Below are positions 51,311-63,076 of a stretch of DNA of 64,000 nt, one piece after another. The stretch is from Eledone cirrhosa. Taxonomy: Eukaryota. Position numbers and translations under genes: made by a program. The notes below the pieces were generated by a model that saw only the letters and a program-made list of their open reading frames with translations, was not told where the DNA came from and ran no database searches. The first letter of the stretch is position 1. Each line of letters starts with the position of its first letter. The stretch is taken from contig OZ024745.1 in NCBI GenBank assembly GCA_964016885.1, forward strand, positions 48,794,001-48,858,000, given 5' to 3'.

Positions 51311-51780
51311 CATCATCATCATCATCGTTTTACGTCCGTTCTTCCACGCTAGCATGGGTTAGACGAGTTGTCCTGTTGTGGGCAGTGCCCGGTCGGCTGA
51401 CCATGCCTTGCTCATACGGGAACTGATTCTGGCTTGATTTCTACAGCTGGATCCACTTCCTAACACCAACCTCATTTACAGTGTGGGCTGGGTGCTTTTT
51501 TCCATGGCGCCTACACGTCCACTTTACAGTGTGGGCTGGGTGCTTTTTTGCCGTAGCACCTCCACGACCACTTTGCAGTAAGGTCGGCTCTTATCACCTC
51601 ATCCCAGGTCTTCTTGGGTCTCCCCACTCCGCGGTTTCCATTGATTTCTAGTGCTCTGCACCTTTTTATGCAGCTGTCATTCTTCATACGCATCACGTCC
51701 ATACCAACGCAACCACCTGTCCTGCACACAGCATTTGATTCCTCTTATGCTCAGTCTCTCTCTCAATTCGTTTATGCTTT
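51311..51780 (-). mobile_element. Chimeric RTE ORF end + SINE-body segment + RTE-type tail
   Basis: RGVGRPKKTWDEVIRADL runs directly into sequence shared with the SINE at 17908-18244. Confidence 0.75.
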
Positions 51781-52147
51781 GCTGTTCGCGTATATTACGA
51801 TGGAGAGGGAGGTATATCAGTTAACAATCTCAAGATTTAGTCCCAATGTTACATAAGTAACAGAACTTATCACTTCCTTCCAGCACAACATTGGAGCAAG
51901 CCTTGTTAGACTTTCAATGATACAACTACTACTAACTAGTTCCTTAGTTTTGGCCAAATTCACCTTCAAGCATCTCAACTCAAAACTACTCTCCCATGTT
52001 TTATATTGCCATACACCTTCCTAGACTGATTCTGCAAAAACAACTAGATCATTAGCAGACAGAAGCTCTTGAAAAAAAGACACTCACTCTAGAACTTCTT
52101 GGTAATGCATGAGGATAAAAAAGTGTCATTAAATGTATTACTTATCC

Positions 52148-52330
52148 AGGGTGGTGGCAGTATCGGTAGAGGGTCGGACGCCATGCTTTGATGCATAGAG
52201 TTACGGCCCTTATCATTCTGAGTTCAAATCCCGCTGAAGTTAACTTTGCCTTTCATCCTTACGGGGTCGATAAAATAAAGTACCAGTAATACACTGGGCA
52301 ATTGCAGGCCTTGTGCCAAAAGTAGAAACA
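52148..52330 (+). mobile_element. SINE family N with perfect 20-bp target-site duplication
   Basis: attaaatgtattacttatcc at 52128-52147 and 52331-52350. Confidence 0.92.
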
Positions 52331-53220
52331 ATTAAATGTATTACTTATCCTGAAATTAATATTAGCTTTATTTTAGTAGCTTTTCGATTGCCAATCAGAC
52401 CACAGAACGTGGAGTCATATCAAAAACATTTCTTAGTTCAACAAATATATTTATCTTAACAAAAATGTACTGCTAATAATCTTTTTGCAAAAGTGTTGCA
52501 ACACTACTTTCATGTCTTAATCTAGTTGCTTGATATCTTCTAATTTCACCTTTTATGTACCACCTTTGAAATAGTTGGTCATAAAGGATAAGATAATCTG
52601 GTCAGTACAAATAAGTCAGCAACTGACTAATCCCACTCTCATTCATCATCATTTTATATATCTATTCTATTTTCTATGCTGGTGGCATAGGTTGTCACTG
52701 TGTCAGTTTTAATTCCGAGTTACTACCCTCTTTGATAGGTCATAGGACCTCTTATCTCAAGTACATTCCATTTCACCAACCACTTTACAGAGTGAACTGC
52801 ATGTATTTTACCATAGCAAGTCTAAAAAATTATTTCAACCCTATATTGTCTCAATAAAAACCACACATGAATGAAAAAGATTATATTTTTCACAAGAAAA
52901 CAGAATAAATATTTCTAATAGCTCCATAATGTCCACACACAAATGAAATAAATTATTAATATTTTTCACGCAAAAAAGAATTAATAGAAATATATTTACT
53001 ACAAACTAACTAGAAAAATGGACAAACTTAAAGCTCAGTAAAGAAACATGATAATTGTAAAATATACGAGAGCTTAACCAGTAACCAAATATAAGTTACA
53101 TCAGCTTAAACTTATTCTACATTTCTATGTTAAGAGAAATGGTACCTTGTAGTTATATAACTTGACTAAGCTCAGTGTGTCTTTAGCTTTTAAAAATATA
53201 TATATATAATGGAATCTTAC

Positions 53221-53288
53221 TTTTTGTTGGTTTGTTAATGTAAGGATACCAGAAAATTCAGAGCAGCCAACCTCGTTATTTTGATCGT
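53221..53288 (-). CDS. BTAF1: BTAF1 exon (DQNNEVGCSEFSGILTLTNQQK)
   Basis: tatag| acceptor, |gtaaga donor, 68 bp phase 1-0; GILTL motif. Confidence 0.85.
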
Positions 53289-53340
53289 CTATAAAAGATG
53301 ATTAAATATATGAATGCACAAATATATGAATGTTTTAAAA

Positions 53341-54243
53341 TAATATAATAATAATAATGAAATTATTGTGTACAGAGCTCAGGTGCACTACAACTCATCA
53401 AAGGTGCATCATCATCATCATCATCATCATCTTCGTTTAACGTCCATTTTCCACGCTAGCATGGGTAGTACATAGAATAATGTACAAACGTCAGGGAAGT
53501 GAACGTTATATGAGTCATGATATACATGTGTGGGGGAATATCAGGTGTAGTGTTGGCGAATTTCAGAAAGCATGGAGATTTTAAAGAATGCAGTGTCCCA
53601 GCAACTAACAAGTGATGCAGGTAGTTTGTTCCACGCTTCGGCAACTCTGAGCAGTTTCCAGAAGGTCAATGTTCTGAGCAAGATAGGGGTGCCAGACTGG
53701 TGATGCAAATTCTAAGTGTGCTTAAATAGATAGCTGCAGAACGGCTAACAAAGGTCTTGCTGAGTGATGTCAAAACACCCTCAGCCTTCTTGACAATTTT
53801 AGAGATGTGCTTTGTCCCATGCAAATCGCTGCTGACAGTAATGCCTAGGTCACATTCACAAGAAGACTTCTTGATATTAGTGTTACGGAGGGAGTATGTG
53901 GACGCTGGGTTTTTCCTCTAAAAATGCATGGTGGTACACTTGTCCACAGCCAGCTTGAGTTGCCAGTCTGTGATCGATTGCTGCATTGTGTCCAGGTCTG
54001 ATTGCAGGAAAGATCTATAGTGTTCAGGATCTGTCCTTTTTATCTCAAGGTACAGCTTGATGTCATCTGCAAATTTCAGCACTATGGCATTCTTTAAGTT
54101 GGCATCTATGTCATTAATATATGCAACAAACAAAAGGGGACCAAGAACAGATCTCTGTGGTACACCAGATGACATCTCACAGGATGAAGAATACTGTCCT
54201 AGAACTACCTCTTTTCGACTGAGAATGAAGGACTTCAACCATT
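53341..54243 (-). mobile_element. Degraded, internally deleted copy of the same CR1-like LINE; short RTE-type tail nested at ~53407-53465
   Basis: SGVPQRSVLGPLLF and FADD; same 3' UTR and (ATT)n tail as the 61585 copy. Confidence 0.9.
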
Positions 54244-54737
54244 TTCAAGATCATTTAGCAGGAGTTAGCTTTGTGGACCCCATGACAAGATATATGCACA
54301 TCATAGGGTTCTTTTTGAGGCAATGTTTTAAAACCAGATGTCCACTTTCTAACATCACACCTTTTAATTGTCTATTACAACACGCAGGGACAGTGTAAAA
54401 CTTTTCTAAACTGGATACACACAATATGATTAAAGTAGTAAGAAACTCTCAGGAGAACTGGATAACAGGTCTTCAGAGAAGAAACTCCACTCATGCAAGT
54501 CTTTCAGCCCTTAATTTCTTACATTCTAAGGGGGAGCCTCATACAGGTTATGATTTCAGGGTGCCCTTCTGTTGACATTTTTTAGCTATTTGGATATATT
54601 GAATATATAAATGAACAACAACAAAAATTATATAAACTATTTTCTTAAATTCATTAATCTAATACAATTATTTGATTACATTTAACATTTTCATAGGCAA
54701 TTTTTTTTTTTTATAGCTTAGAGAGCAAATTATTTAC

Positions 54738-54891
54738 CTGCGTCTTTTTTGAATGTCAATTTGATAGAGGGTGTTATTGATGAATCTGAACACAGGAATG
54801 TACAAAGGTTTTTTATCACTTTATCGCTTGGGTTAGGAGTTCGAGACAAACACATCTTCAAAAGTTTTGCTAAACAATTTGCAGCACATTT
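54738..54891 (-). CDS. BTAF1: BTAF1 exon (KCAANCLAKLL...PSDKVIKNLCTFLCSD...)
   Basis: tccag| acceptor, |gtaaat donor, 154 bp. Confidence 0.92.
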
Positions 54892-55348
54892 CTGGAAAAA
54901 TAGTGAAAAATAGTGAAAAACCTTCAATTAAATCAGATTTTAGCTATTCCTTTGATGAGATAAGAAAATATCAAAACAAATTAGACATTTTAAAAATGAT
55001 TAATTAACCCCAAAGGTGTACGACTTTTGCCACACCCTGTACAAGATGAAGTGGTAAAGGCTGATTTCAAGTAGCTGAACCTTATAAAGAAGATGACAAA
55101 AATAGCAACAGATTGCAAGATGCTGTGTTGTAGAATGCCTGTCTGTATGATGGTGATGATGATGATGATGATAGTGGAATGCCTTATAAAATTTAAATGT
55201 ATTCAAATGAGTTAGATGGAAATTAATGGTACTAAATTTTAACTTAAACTTGAAAACTAACAGACAGATGTGCTCCTTTCTTTTAGTAATTCTAAATAAA
55301 GTCATATATTTTGTCATTTGATATTTATGAAATTATAAGGAATCTTAC

Positions 55349-55466
55349 TTGAATATCTTGATTTTCTTCCTTCTTTATACAATCCATTAAAGGGCGGATA
55401 ACAGGGTTTAACTTCTCGGGAAGGATGTTTTGCATAACAGCAGCCATTGCAAGACTACACTGAACA
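55349..55466 (-). CDS. BTAF1: BTAF1 exon (VQCSLA...LPEKLNPVIRPLMDCIKKEENQDIQ)
   Basis: tttag| acceptor, |gtaaga donor, 118 bp. Confidence 0.92.
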
Positions 55467-56089
55467 CTAAAATGAAATATTGATCATTTTCATATATAAT
55501 AATATTTAGCAGACATACATACGTTTACCCTTCCATGCCCATATTTCAATTAATTAATAAAGAATTTTGAAAGATTTATTAAAATTATTATTTCATTATT
55601 AAAATAGTAGCTTAACATATGGTTATTATATAAAATTATGTTGTAACATTTAAATATAAATAGGAACCCTTTATAATAGGTAGTTTTTGCTTCATAGAGT
55701 TGATTTGGGGCAGGTTAGTACCAAAAGGGTTAAACTATTGCTCTTTCAAATCCCTTGTTCAAAAGTCAAAATGTTTTACTAATCTTCCATTTAATTTTGT
55801 CCCCCTAAAGATAAATTGAAAAATTATAATTCAGTACTTCTGTTTACTAGTTATTTACACTACTTTCTACACAAATCAACAATTATTTTACATCGTTGCT
55901 TCAGCCTGTGTTCTTTGCTAAGATATTGTCAGGATTTTTCTCAAGTTTATACACTTATTATCAGTTTTAATTGATGAATATCATTGTTTCAGTGATTTTC
56001 ATGTGGACATCAAGAGTTGTGACTGTACATATGGCAGGAGGGTCGAAAGGTTAAGTAAAATATTTACTACATCAAACAAAGCAGCCCTA

Positions 56090-56864
56090 TATCAGCATCA
56101 GCCTGACTTTCTACACCATGACAAACCACAACTGACCAATCAGCTTCAACCTGACTTTCTACACCATGACAAACCACAACTGACCAATCAGCTTCAACCT
56201 GACTTTACACACCATGACAAACCACAACTGACAAACCACAACTGACCAATCAGCTTCAACCTGACTTTCCACACCATGACAAACCACAACTGACCAATCA
56301 GCTTCAACCTGACTTTCCACACCATGACAAACCACAACTGACCAATCAGCTTCAACCTGACTTTCCACACCATGACAAACCACAACTGACCAATCAGCTT
56401 CAATCTGACTTTCCACACCATGACAAACCACAACTGACCAATCAGCTTCAACCTGACTTTCCACACCATGACAAACCACAACTGACCAATCAGCTTCAAC
56501 CTGACTTTCCACACCATGACAAACCACAACTGACCAATCAGCTTCAACCTGACTTTCCACACCATGACAAACCACAACTGACCAATCAGCTTCAACCTGA
56601 CTTTCCACACCATGACAAACCACAACTGACCAATCAGCTTCAACCTGACTTTCCACACCATGACAAACCACAACTGACCAATCAGCTTCAACCTGACTTT
56701 CCACACCATGACAAACCACAACTGACCAATCAGCTTCAACCTGACTTTCCACACCATGACAAACTACAACTGACCAATCAGCTTCAACCTGACTTTCCAC
56801 ACCATGACAAACCACAACTGACCAATCAGCTTCAATCTGACTTTCCACACCATGACAAACCACA
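56090..56864. repeat. Minisatellite, 48-bp unit x ~16
   Basis: gacaaaccacaactgaccaatcagcttcaacctgactttccacaccat repeated almost perfectly. Confidence 0.95.
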
Positions 56865-57359
56865 AAAGATATTACTCTTATTGATTGAAAAATATTTACT
56901 CTACAATCTAAAGACTAATCTTGGAGTTAAATGAATATTCAACCTTTCTGTGACTATATTTCTAACAAGAATATATACTGCTTCTATATTTTAATTAGCA
57001 AAATAATCAAGAATTATGAGAGGTTTAGTGAAATAAATATTCAATTTTCACAAGGCCAACAATTTTAGGGGAAGGGAAAGTCAATTAAATCGAGCCTAGT
57101 GTGTTATTTGTACTTTATTATATTGATCCTGTAAGGATCAAAGTCAAAGATAACCTCGATAGGCTTTGAATTCAGAACGTAAAGGACAAAGTATGTTGTC
57201 CAACAGTGAAATCTAATATCTGTCATGTAATACTGAGATTCCAGTCCTAAATCTGAAGTTAAAATTAAACACTTTGATAGAAACATTTGGGGACAGGTTG
57301 GTGTTTAAAGGGTTAAACAAGTCAATATAATTTAATGAAACAGTAGAAAACTTTCTTAC

Positions 57360-57524
57360 CGAATACTGTAAGTTTGCTGTTCTTGTGCTGTTTGAGAAAC
57401 ACATATTTGTAACTGGGCACGCCTCTCCTCAAATGTTTGTAGTGATTTAGGTTTCAGGTTGCTTTTCAAATTATCAAAGGCAGTTGATGTTAACGCCTGT
57501 GCCTGCTCAAATGTCAATATTACA
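57360..57524 (-). CDS. BTAF1: BTAF1 exon (VILTFEQAQALTS...QQTYSI)
   Basis: tgcag| acceptor, |gtaaga donor, 165 bp phase 2-2. Confidence 0.9.
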
Positions 57525-57994
57525 CTGCAAATAAAAAAATTAATTTTAATTTTTTTATAAAAAAAACAAGTACTCAATAATATTTAATTTAGATATTTAG
57601 ATATTTAAAATGTAGATGAAAAACCTGGAGAACCTCAAAGGTATATAGAAGTGTGATCGTTATAGTAATAATAATTTATTGGACAAGAGTAGCTAAAAGT
57701 GTGTAGTTAACATTATCAAATATAATTTACAAAAAGGAGTAAAAATATGAATGTATTGATTTACAGGAAACATTACAGTATCTGTGACAGCGATGTATTT
57801 GTTTTGCAAAATCTTTTATATGAAATCGTGTGTGAAACAAATGTTATATTTGGGGAGGGTCATCATCATCATCAATTAACGTCCATCTTTGATGCTAACA
57901 TGTTGTTATAAACTAATATATTATTGTAACAACATGACCCTTCCCCAATATAACATTACAGTATCTATTAAATCAGAAGTAAAGGTGTTTGAAC

Positions 57995-58283
57995 TAGGAG
58001 TTCAGCTGTTGGACTCATGATATAAAATTTGTGGGTTTGGTTCCCAGGCTAAGTGGCATATTGCATCCTTCAGTAAGACACTTCATTTCACATTCCAGTT
58101 CAATCAGCTAAAAATGAGTACTAATAGTAGCTGTGGTTAAACCTGCAAAGGATTGACATCCCATCCAGGGGGCAATCCCGTGTTCTCAGTTACTTAACAC
58201 CACATGAAACTGGGATAAGCCATGACCTTCATACAATCCATGCAAGAATGGAAGAGTGGACATGAATGAAATGATGATGATGA
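57995..58283 (+). mobile_element. Diverged SINE related to family R
   Basis: ccttcagtaagacacttc, tcagctaaaaatgagtac and gtggac..gatgatgatg tail; similar relics near 16430-16640, 32935-33070, 49855-50000, 60330-60500, 61075-61270. Confidence 0.6.
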
Positions 58284-58619
58284 TTAAATCAAAATATTAA
58301 GAATATTTCCAAACAGTTATTGATAAAACCATTTAAATCATCATCTATTTTAATACTTCTGTCATGGATTCATTGGATATTTTAGTTTGGGAGGAAGAAG
58401 TAAGGTTAGATTCCTGTCCTATCGATGCCTGCGACATATTCATTATTACTGACTAGCCAAATCCACATTCCTGTATTTAATGAATGAATGAAGTATTAGC
58501 ATTTTCTCTAATAAAGTAACTTATATATCGTGTGTGTATGCATGTATTATCATTGTGTGTGTGTGTATGCATGTATTATCATTGTGTGTGTGTATATGTA
58601 TATATTATGAATCCATTAC

Positions 58620-58789
58620 CTTGGTGGAAAGGATTCTTCTACATTTAAGCCTTGCTGTTTAAGACCTGCAATAAAATCACGGCATTCTGTTTGCATTCGT
58701 GTGAAGGATACAGCAATTTCATCAAAATAAATAGCTTCATTTAGACACATGTGAATTCGTTTTATTAAATCCTCTGTGCATAACAGATT
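58620..58789 (-). CDS. BTAF1: BTAF1 exon (NLLCTED...IFDEIAVSFTRMQTECRDF...FPP)
   Basis: ttcag| acceptor, |gtaatg donor, 170 bp phase 0-2. Confidence 0.9.
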
Positions 58790-59077
58790 CTGAAAAATGA
58801 ATTAATAAATTTAATTAATAAATTTAATGAAAACTTGAAATGTAAAAATATGAACTGTTATTAAATCTAGTATATATCATATGCAGCATATTTTATTACT
58901 TTTGAATTTTTTTTAAATCCAATAACATTGAACAATCATCATCACCATTTTATGTCTATTTTCTTGTGTCTTGCTCATATATTCCATTCTGGCATGGTTT
59001 CTATGGCTAGATGCTCTTCTAACATCAACCACTAATTAATTATCTTAAAAAGAACTTATTAATTTTGCAAGCAACCT

Positions 59078-59282
59078 TTAACCCTTTCGCATTCACATTA
59101 CTCTATATTTACTATTGTATTTTCATGGTAAAGGCTTTACCTCACATAATATCGAATCTATGAGATTTTGAATGTATTTATTTTGAGAACAATACCTTAA
59201 CATCAGTTTGAGTGACCAGTTTCAACAGAAAGAGGTAGAGAATTCTGGCCGGTTTTGGCCGGTTTGAACATTAAAGGGTTAA
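59078..59282. mobile_element. piggyBac-like MITE family A, opposite orientation
   Basis: TTAA-cccttt ... aaaggg-TTAA; body is the reverse complement of the 38546 copy; further copies ~8480-8659 and ~19531-19760. Confidence 0.8.
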
Positions 59283-59587
59283 AGCTAGGTACAGATTATC
59301 TAGGAAATCTATGGTAGCTCTGTATAATTGTAAAACTTAAATGAATGAAATTGAGATTGAATATTTGCAGCACAGCAGCAAAATTTTAAAAGTATTTTAT
59401 TTTGTCTAATTCTACCTTCCATCCTAAAATATTTCATTTTATCCTTTTTCATACCAAACTGCCTGAAACCGTCCCTAGTTGTACGATATAAAACTGTTTA
59501 TTTTAAAGAGTTTGCATTTATCTAAAAACCTTCCATCATAATTTTATGTGAGAACATTTGTTGTGTTTCAAACATCAGCTTAATAAT

Positions 59588-59754
59588 TGTTTCTACTTTT
59601 GGCACAAGGCCAGCAATTACCCAGTGCATTACTGGTACTTTATTTTATCGACCCCGTAAGGATGAAAGGCAAAGTTAACCTCGGCGGGATTTGAACTCAG
59701 AATGGCAAGGGCCGTAACTCTATGCATCAAAGCATGGCATCCAACCCTCTACCG
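59588..59754 (-). mobile_element. SINE family N with 18-bp TSD, nested in a MITE
   Basis: aaacatcagcttaataat at 59570-59587 and 59755-59772. Confidence 0.92.
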
Positions 59755-60624
59755 AAACATCAGCTTAATAATGAAAGTGAGTTATTCTACTAAAATCCTA
59801 CCAAATTCAAGATTAATTTTAAAATTATTTGAAAATAATAAGCAATGTCTTTCATTAGAAATATGCTAATGAAAAGGTTAAGAATCAAACTTTGTAAACA
59901 AAAATAATTCTTGCAAAAGATTGAGTGAAAATAAAGGCATATAAAGCCCCACCAAAAAATTAATAAATGCCCATACATTCTGCTGTCTCACAAGGATGTC
60001 CTGTACCTATCCTCTATATAGCAGAGTAGTTAGCTATAATAGCATCCATGAAATAAATTCCTTCAAATGCCCAGAGGTCTCCTTACAAGTAGTTAAAAGC
60101 TTGTTATCTAGATGACTTAATCAATAATGGCAGAGTATTTCAAAAACAGTAACTAGAATAAGATCAAAGTGGGAAAAAAATTAGAAAGCTATTACCTCTG
60201 ACAATAAAGATATTCTCTAAGTTGAGCTCATCACTTTTTAAAGATATGAAATAAAATTTATTCAGTAATTCTTGATGTAATTGCATATTATTGTTTTTGG
60301 CCCCTTTTTTCCATCCTTGAATGAGTTTGACAAAGTTTGAGCTTATCCTAGCTTCTTCATGGGTGTTAAGTGACAGAGTACTAGACTACCCTTGGGATAG
60401 GACACCAGTCCATCGTAGTGCTGCTAGCTGCTGCTGGTATTCATTTTCAGCTACATGAACTGGAACAACATGAAATGAAGTGCCTTGCTCAAGAACATCT
60501 AAACACTATGTTGTCAGCTTTGGCTAATTATTTCCAATATAACCCAAATGTCACAGTAATACAAGTAATGCCAACTAGTAATGTAAAAATTATCATTAAG
60601 TTGTAAAGTTACATGGCTACTCAC

Positions 60625-60796
60625 CTTATTTTCACAGCCCCATGCATAGATTATCTGTGCGACAACAAACCTCTGCAGAGCAGAATTAGAAGAAAGATGA
60701 AATATCATTAACTTGCATATGGGGTCAAGTGATTTTGATGGGGCCAAGTCATCTGTTTCCACTGTGGTAAGGTATATACATAACTTTCCTAACAAT
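60625..60796 (-). CDS. BTAF1: BTAF1 exon (LLGKLCIY...SALQRFVVAQIIYAWGCENK)
   Basis: cttag| acceptor, |gtgagt donor, 172 bp phase 2-0. Confidence 0.85.
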
Positions 60797-61584
60797 CTAA
60801 GAAGATAAAAATAATGTGTTTTTTTTAATTAGCCAAATTTATATATATATTTACATATACAAATATAATTCAATCAAATTACTATTACAAAACTTCATTA
60901 GGTTGGTATCTTTGAATCTGCTTTCTATCAAATAAGATCTAATACATTTCATTCTTAAACTACTTTCTGAAACTGTTCTATCACTGAAATTCCTGTGCAT
61001 TCCATTGTTGTTAATTTTAAAAAAATGAAGTTACTCAGAAGAAGAGTGAAGGTGTACAGCTTCTCACAACTGTAAGACCATGGGTTCAATTTCTGGACCA
61101 AGTGGTATGATGTGTCTTTGAGTAAAGCACTTCATTACAAGTTGTCCAGTTCATTCAACTAAAAAATAGCACAAACAGCATTAGCTGGGGAGGGTTAACC
61201 TTGCAACAAACAGATGTCTTGTACTCCTATCTGTTTAATGATACATAAAACTGAGATAAGTTCCAACCTGATGAACCTCTCATCTCAAGAAACTTTAACT
61301 CAGGAAAGGAAAGATAGTAAATATGTAGGCCCTCCAAAATTGATAAAATTAAGGCAATTGATATTCAGCTTAAATATTTTGTCAAAGATAGCAGAAAAAT
61401 CATGCATGAGGAAGGAATTACAAAATTCTTTCAGGCAGAAAGACTAACTGGATGAAGTGTTTAGTGTAGAGACTGAAAGGTGAGACACAGTGGTGGTAAT
61501 AAGAGGAGGGAGAATCATGTGAGTTAAGTGAGACAAGGAGGAGAGGGTATGAAGATAACTAGTTCAGAAGAATAAAGTAGAATA

Positions 61585-62925
61585 TAATAATAATAATAAT
61601 GAAATATTGTGTACAGTGCTCAGGTGCACTACAACTCATCAAAAAGTGTATGTATAGTACATAGGGTAATGTACAAACGTCAGGAAAATGAACAGTGCAC
61701 GAGTCATGATACACACATGTGTGCATGTGTATGGAAGGGGTACATCAGGTGTAGTTTTGGCGTATTTCGGGAAGCATGAGTGTCTTAAAGGATGCAGTGT
61801 CTCGGCAGCTAACAACTGACGCAGGCAGTTTGTTCCATGCTTCAGCAACTCTGAGCGTGAAAAAATGTCTACGAAAGTCATGGGAGCTGTGCTGTTTTCT
61901 GATTTTGTAGGCATGTCCACGTGTGTTAGACACATGGAGATCAAAAAGGTGCTCAGGGTTGTTGTTGGCGAGATGGTTAATAACTTTGTGTGTATTTACC
62001 AAGTCCATTGCCAGACGTCGGAGCTTCAATGAATCCATGCCCAGGGAAGCAAGGCGTTCAGAGTATGGTAGGTGTCTGATGGAGGGTATGCGCTTGGTTG
62101 CACGTCTCTGAACAGTTTCCAGGAGGTCAATGTTCTGAGCAAGATAGGGGTTCCAGACTGATGATGTGAATTCCAAGTGTGGTCGTACCATAGCTGTATA
62201 CAGTTTTAAATAGATGGCTGGAGAGCGGCTAACAAAGGTCTTGCTGAGTGATGTCAAGACACCCTCGGCCTTCTTGACAATCTTAGAGACATGCTTTGTC
62301 CAACGCAAATCACTGCTGACAGTAATGCCCAGGTCACGTTCACAAGAGGACTTCTTGATATCAGTGTTGTGGAGGAAGTATGTGGACGCTGGATTTTTCC
62401 TCCAAAAATGCATGGTGGTACACTTGTCCACAGCCAGCTTCAGTTGCCAGTCTGTGATCCATTGCTGCATTGTGTCCAGGTCTGATTGTAGGAAAGAGTT
62501 GTAGATTTCAGGATCAGTCCTTTTGATTTCAAGGTACAGCTTGATGTCATCTGCATATTTCAGTACCGTGGCATTCTGTAAGTTGGCATTTATGTCATTA
62601 ATATATGCCACAAACAAAAGGGGACCAAGAACAGATCCCTGTGGTACACCAGATGACATCTCATATGGTGAAGAATGCTGTCCTAGAACCGTGACTACCT
62701 CTTTTCGGCTGAGAATGAAGGATGTCAACCAGTCGAAAAGATCATCCCTCACACCCATTGCAGAGAGTTTTGCCATAAGTCTTTTGTGTGGTACAGAATT
62801 AAAAGCCTTAGCAAAGTCAAGGTAAACAACATCCACCCATGAGCCGCTGTCAGTGATCCGGGTGATGTCTTCAAGGAACTCGATAAGCTGATCACAGCAG
62901 CTGGAGTTAGGGATAAATATGTTGA
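61585..62925 (-). mobile_element. 5'-truncated CR1-like non-LTR retrotransposon with open RT frame, 3' UTR and (ATT)n tail
   Basis: ORF 61745-62836 has YLDFAKAF, SGVPQGSVLGPLLF, YADD, ERDLG, VRPHLE and RGH...FF..RV..WN.LP; frame continues upstream (SCCDQLIEFLE). Confidence 0.92.
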
Positions 62926-62984
62926 TGCAATCTAAGATGTGAATAAAGTTTACAGTGTGACTGCAGGGTATGAGTACAAACTAG

Positions 62985-63076
62985 AGTGTAACCGCAGTCT
63001 AAGGTGTGACTGTAGTCTGAGATGTGACTGCAATCTAAGGTTGGGACCGCAACCCAAGGTTTAGATACAATCTAGT
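62985..63076. repeat. Degenerate ~18-bp tandem repeat just upstream of the CR1-like element
   Basis: gtgtgactgcagtctaag-like units x ~5. Confidence 0.65.

Noticed and set aside
53241-53249. Second U12 donor-like GTATCCTTA in BTAF1
   Set aside because: Lies within conserved coding G-I-L; a normal GTAAGA donor at 53220 gives the right phase
56159-56863. 234-aa and 187-aa repetitive ORFs, or a CRISPR-like array
   Set aside because: By-product of a 48-bp tandem unit; no unique spacers, no cas genes, eukaryotic intron
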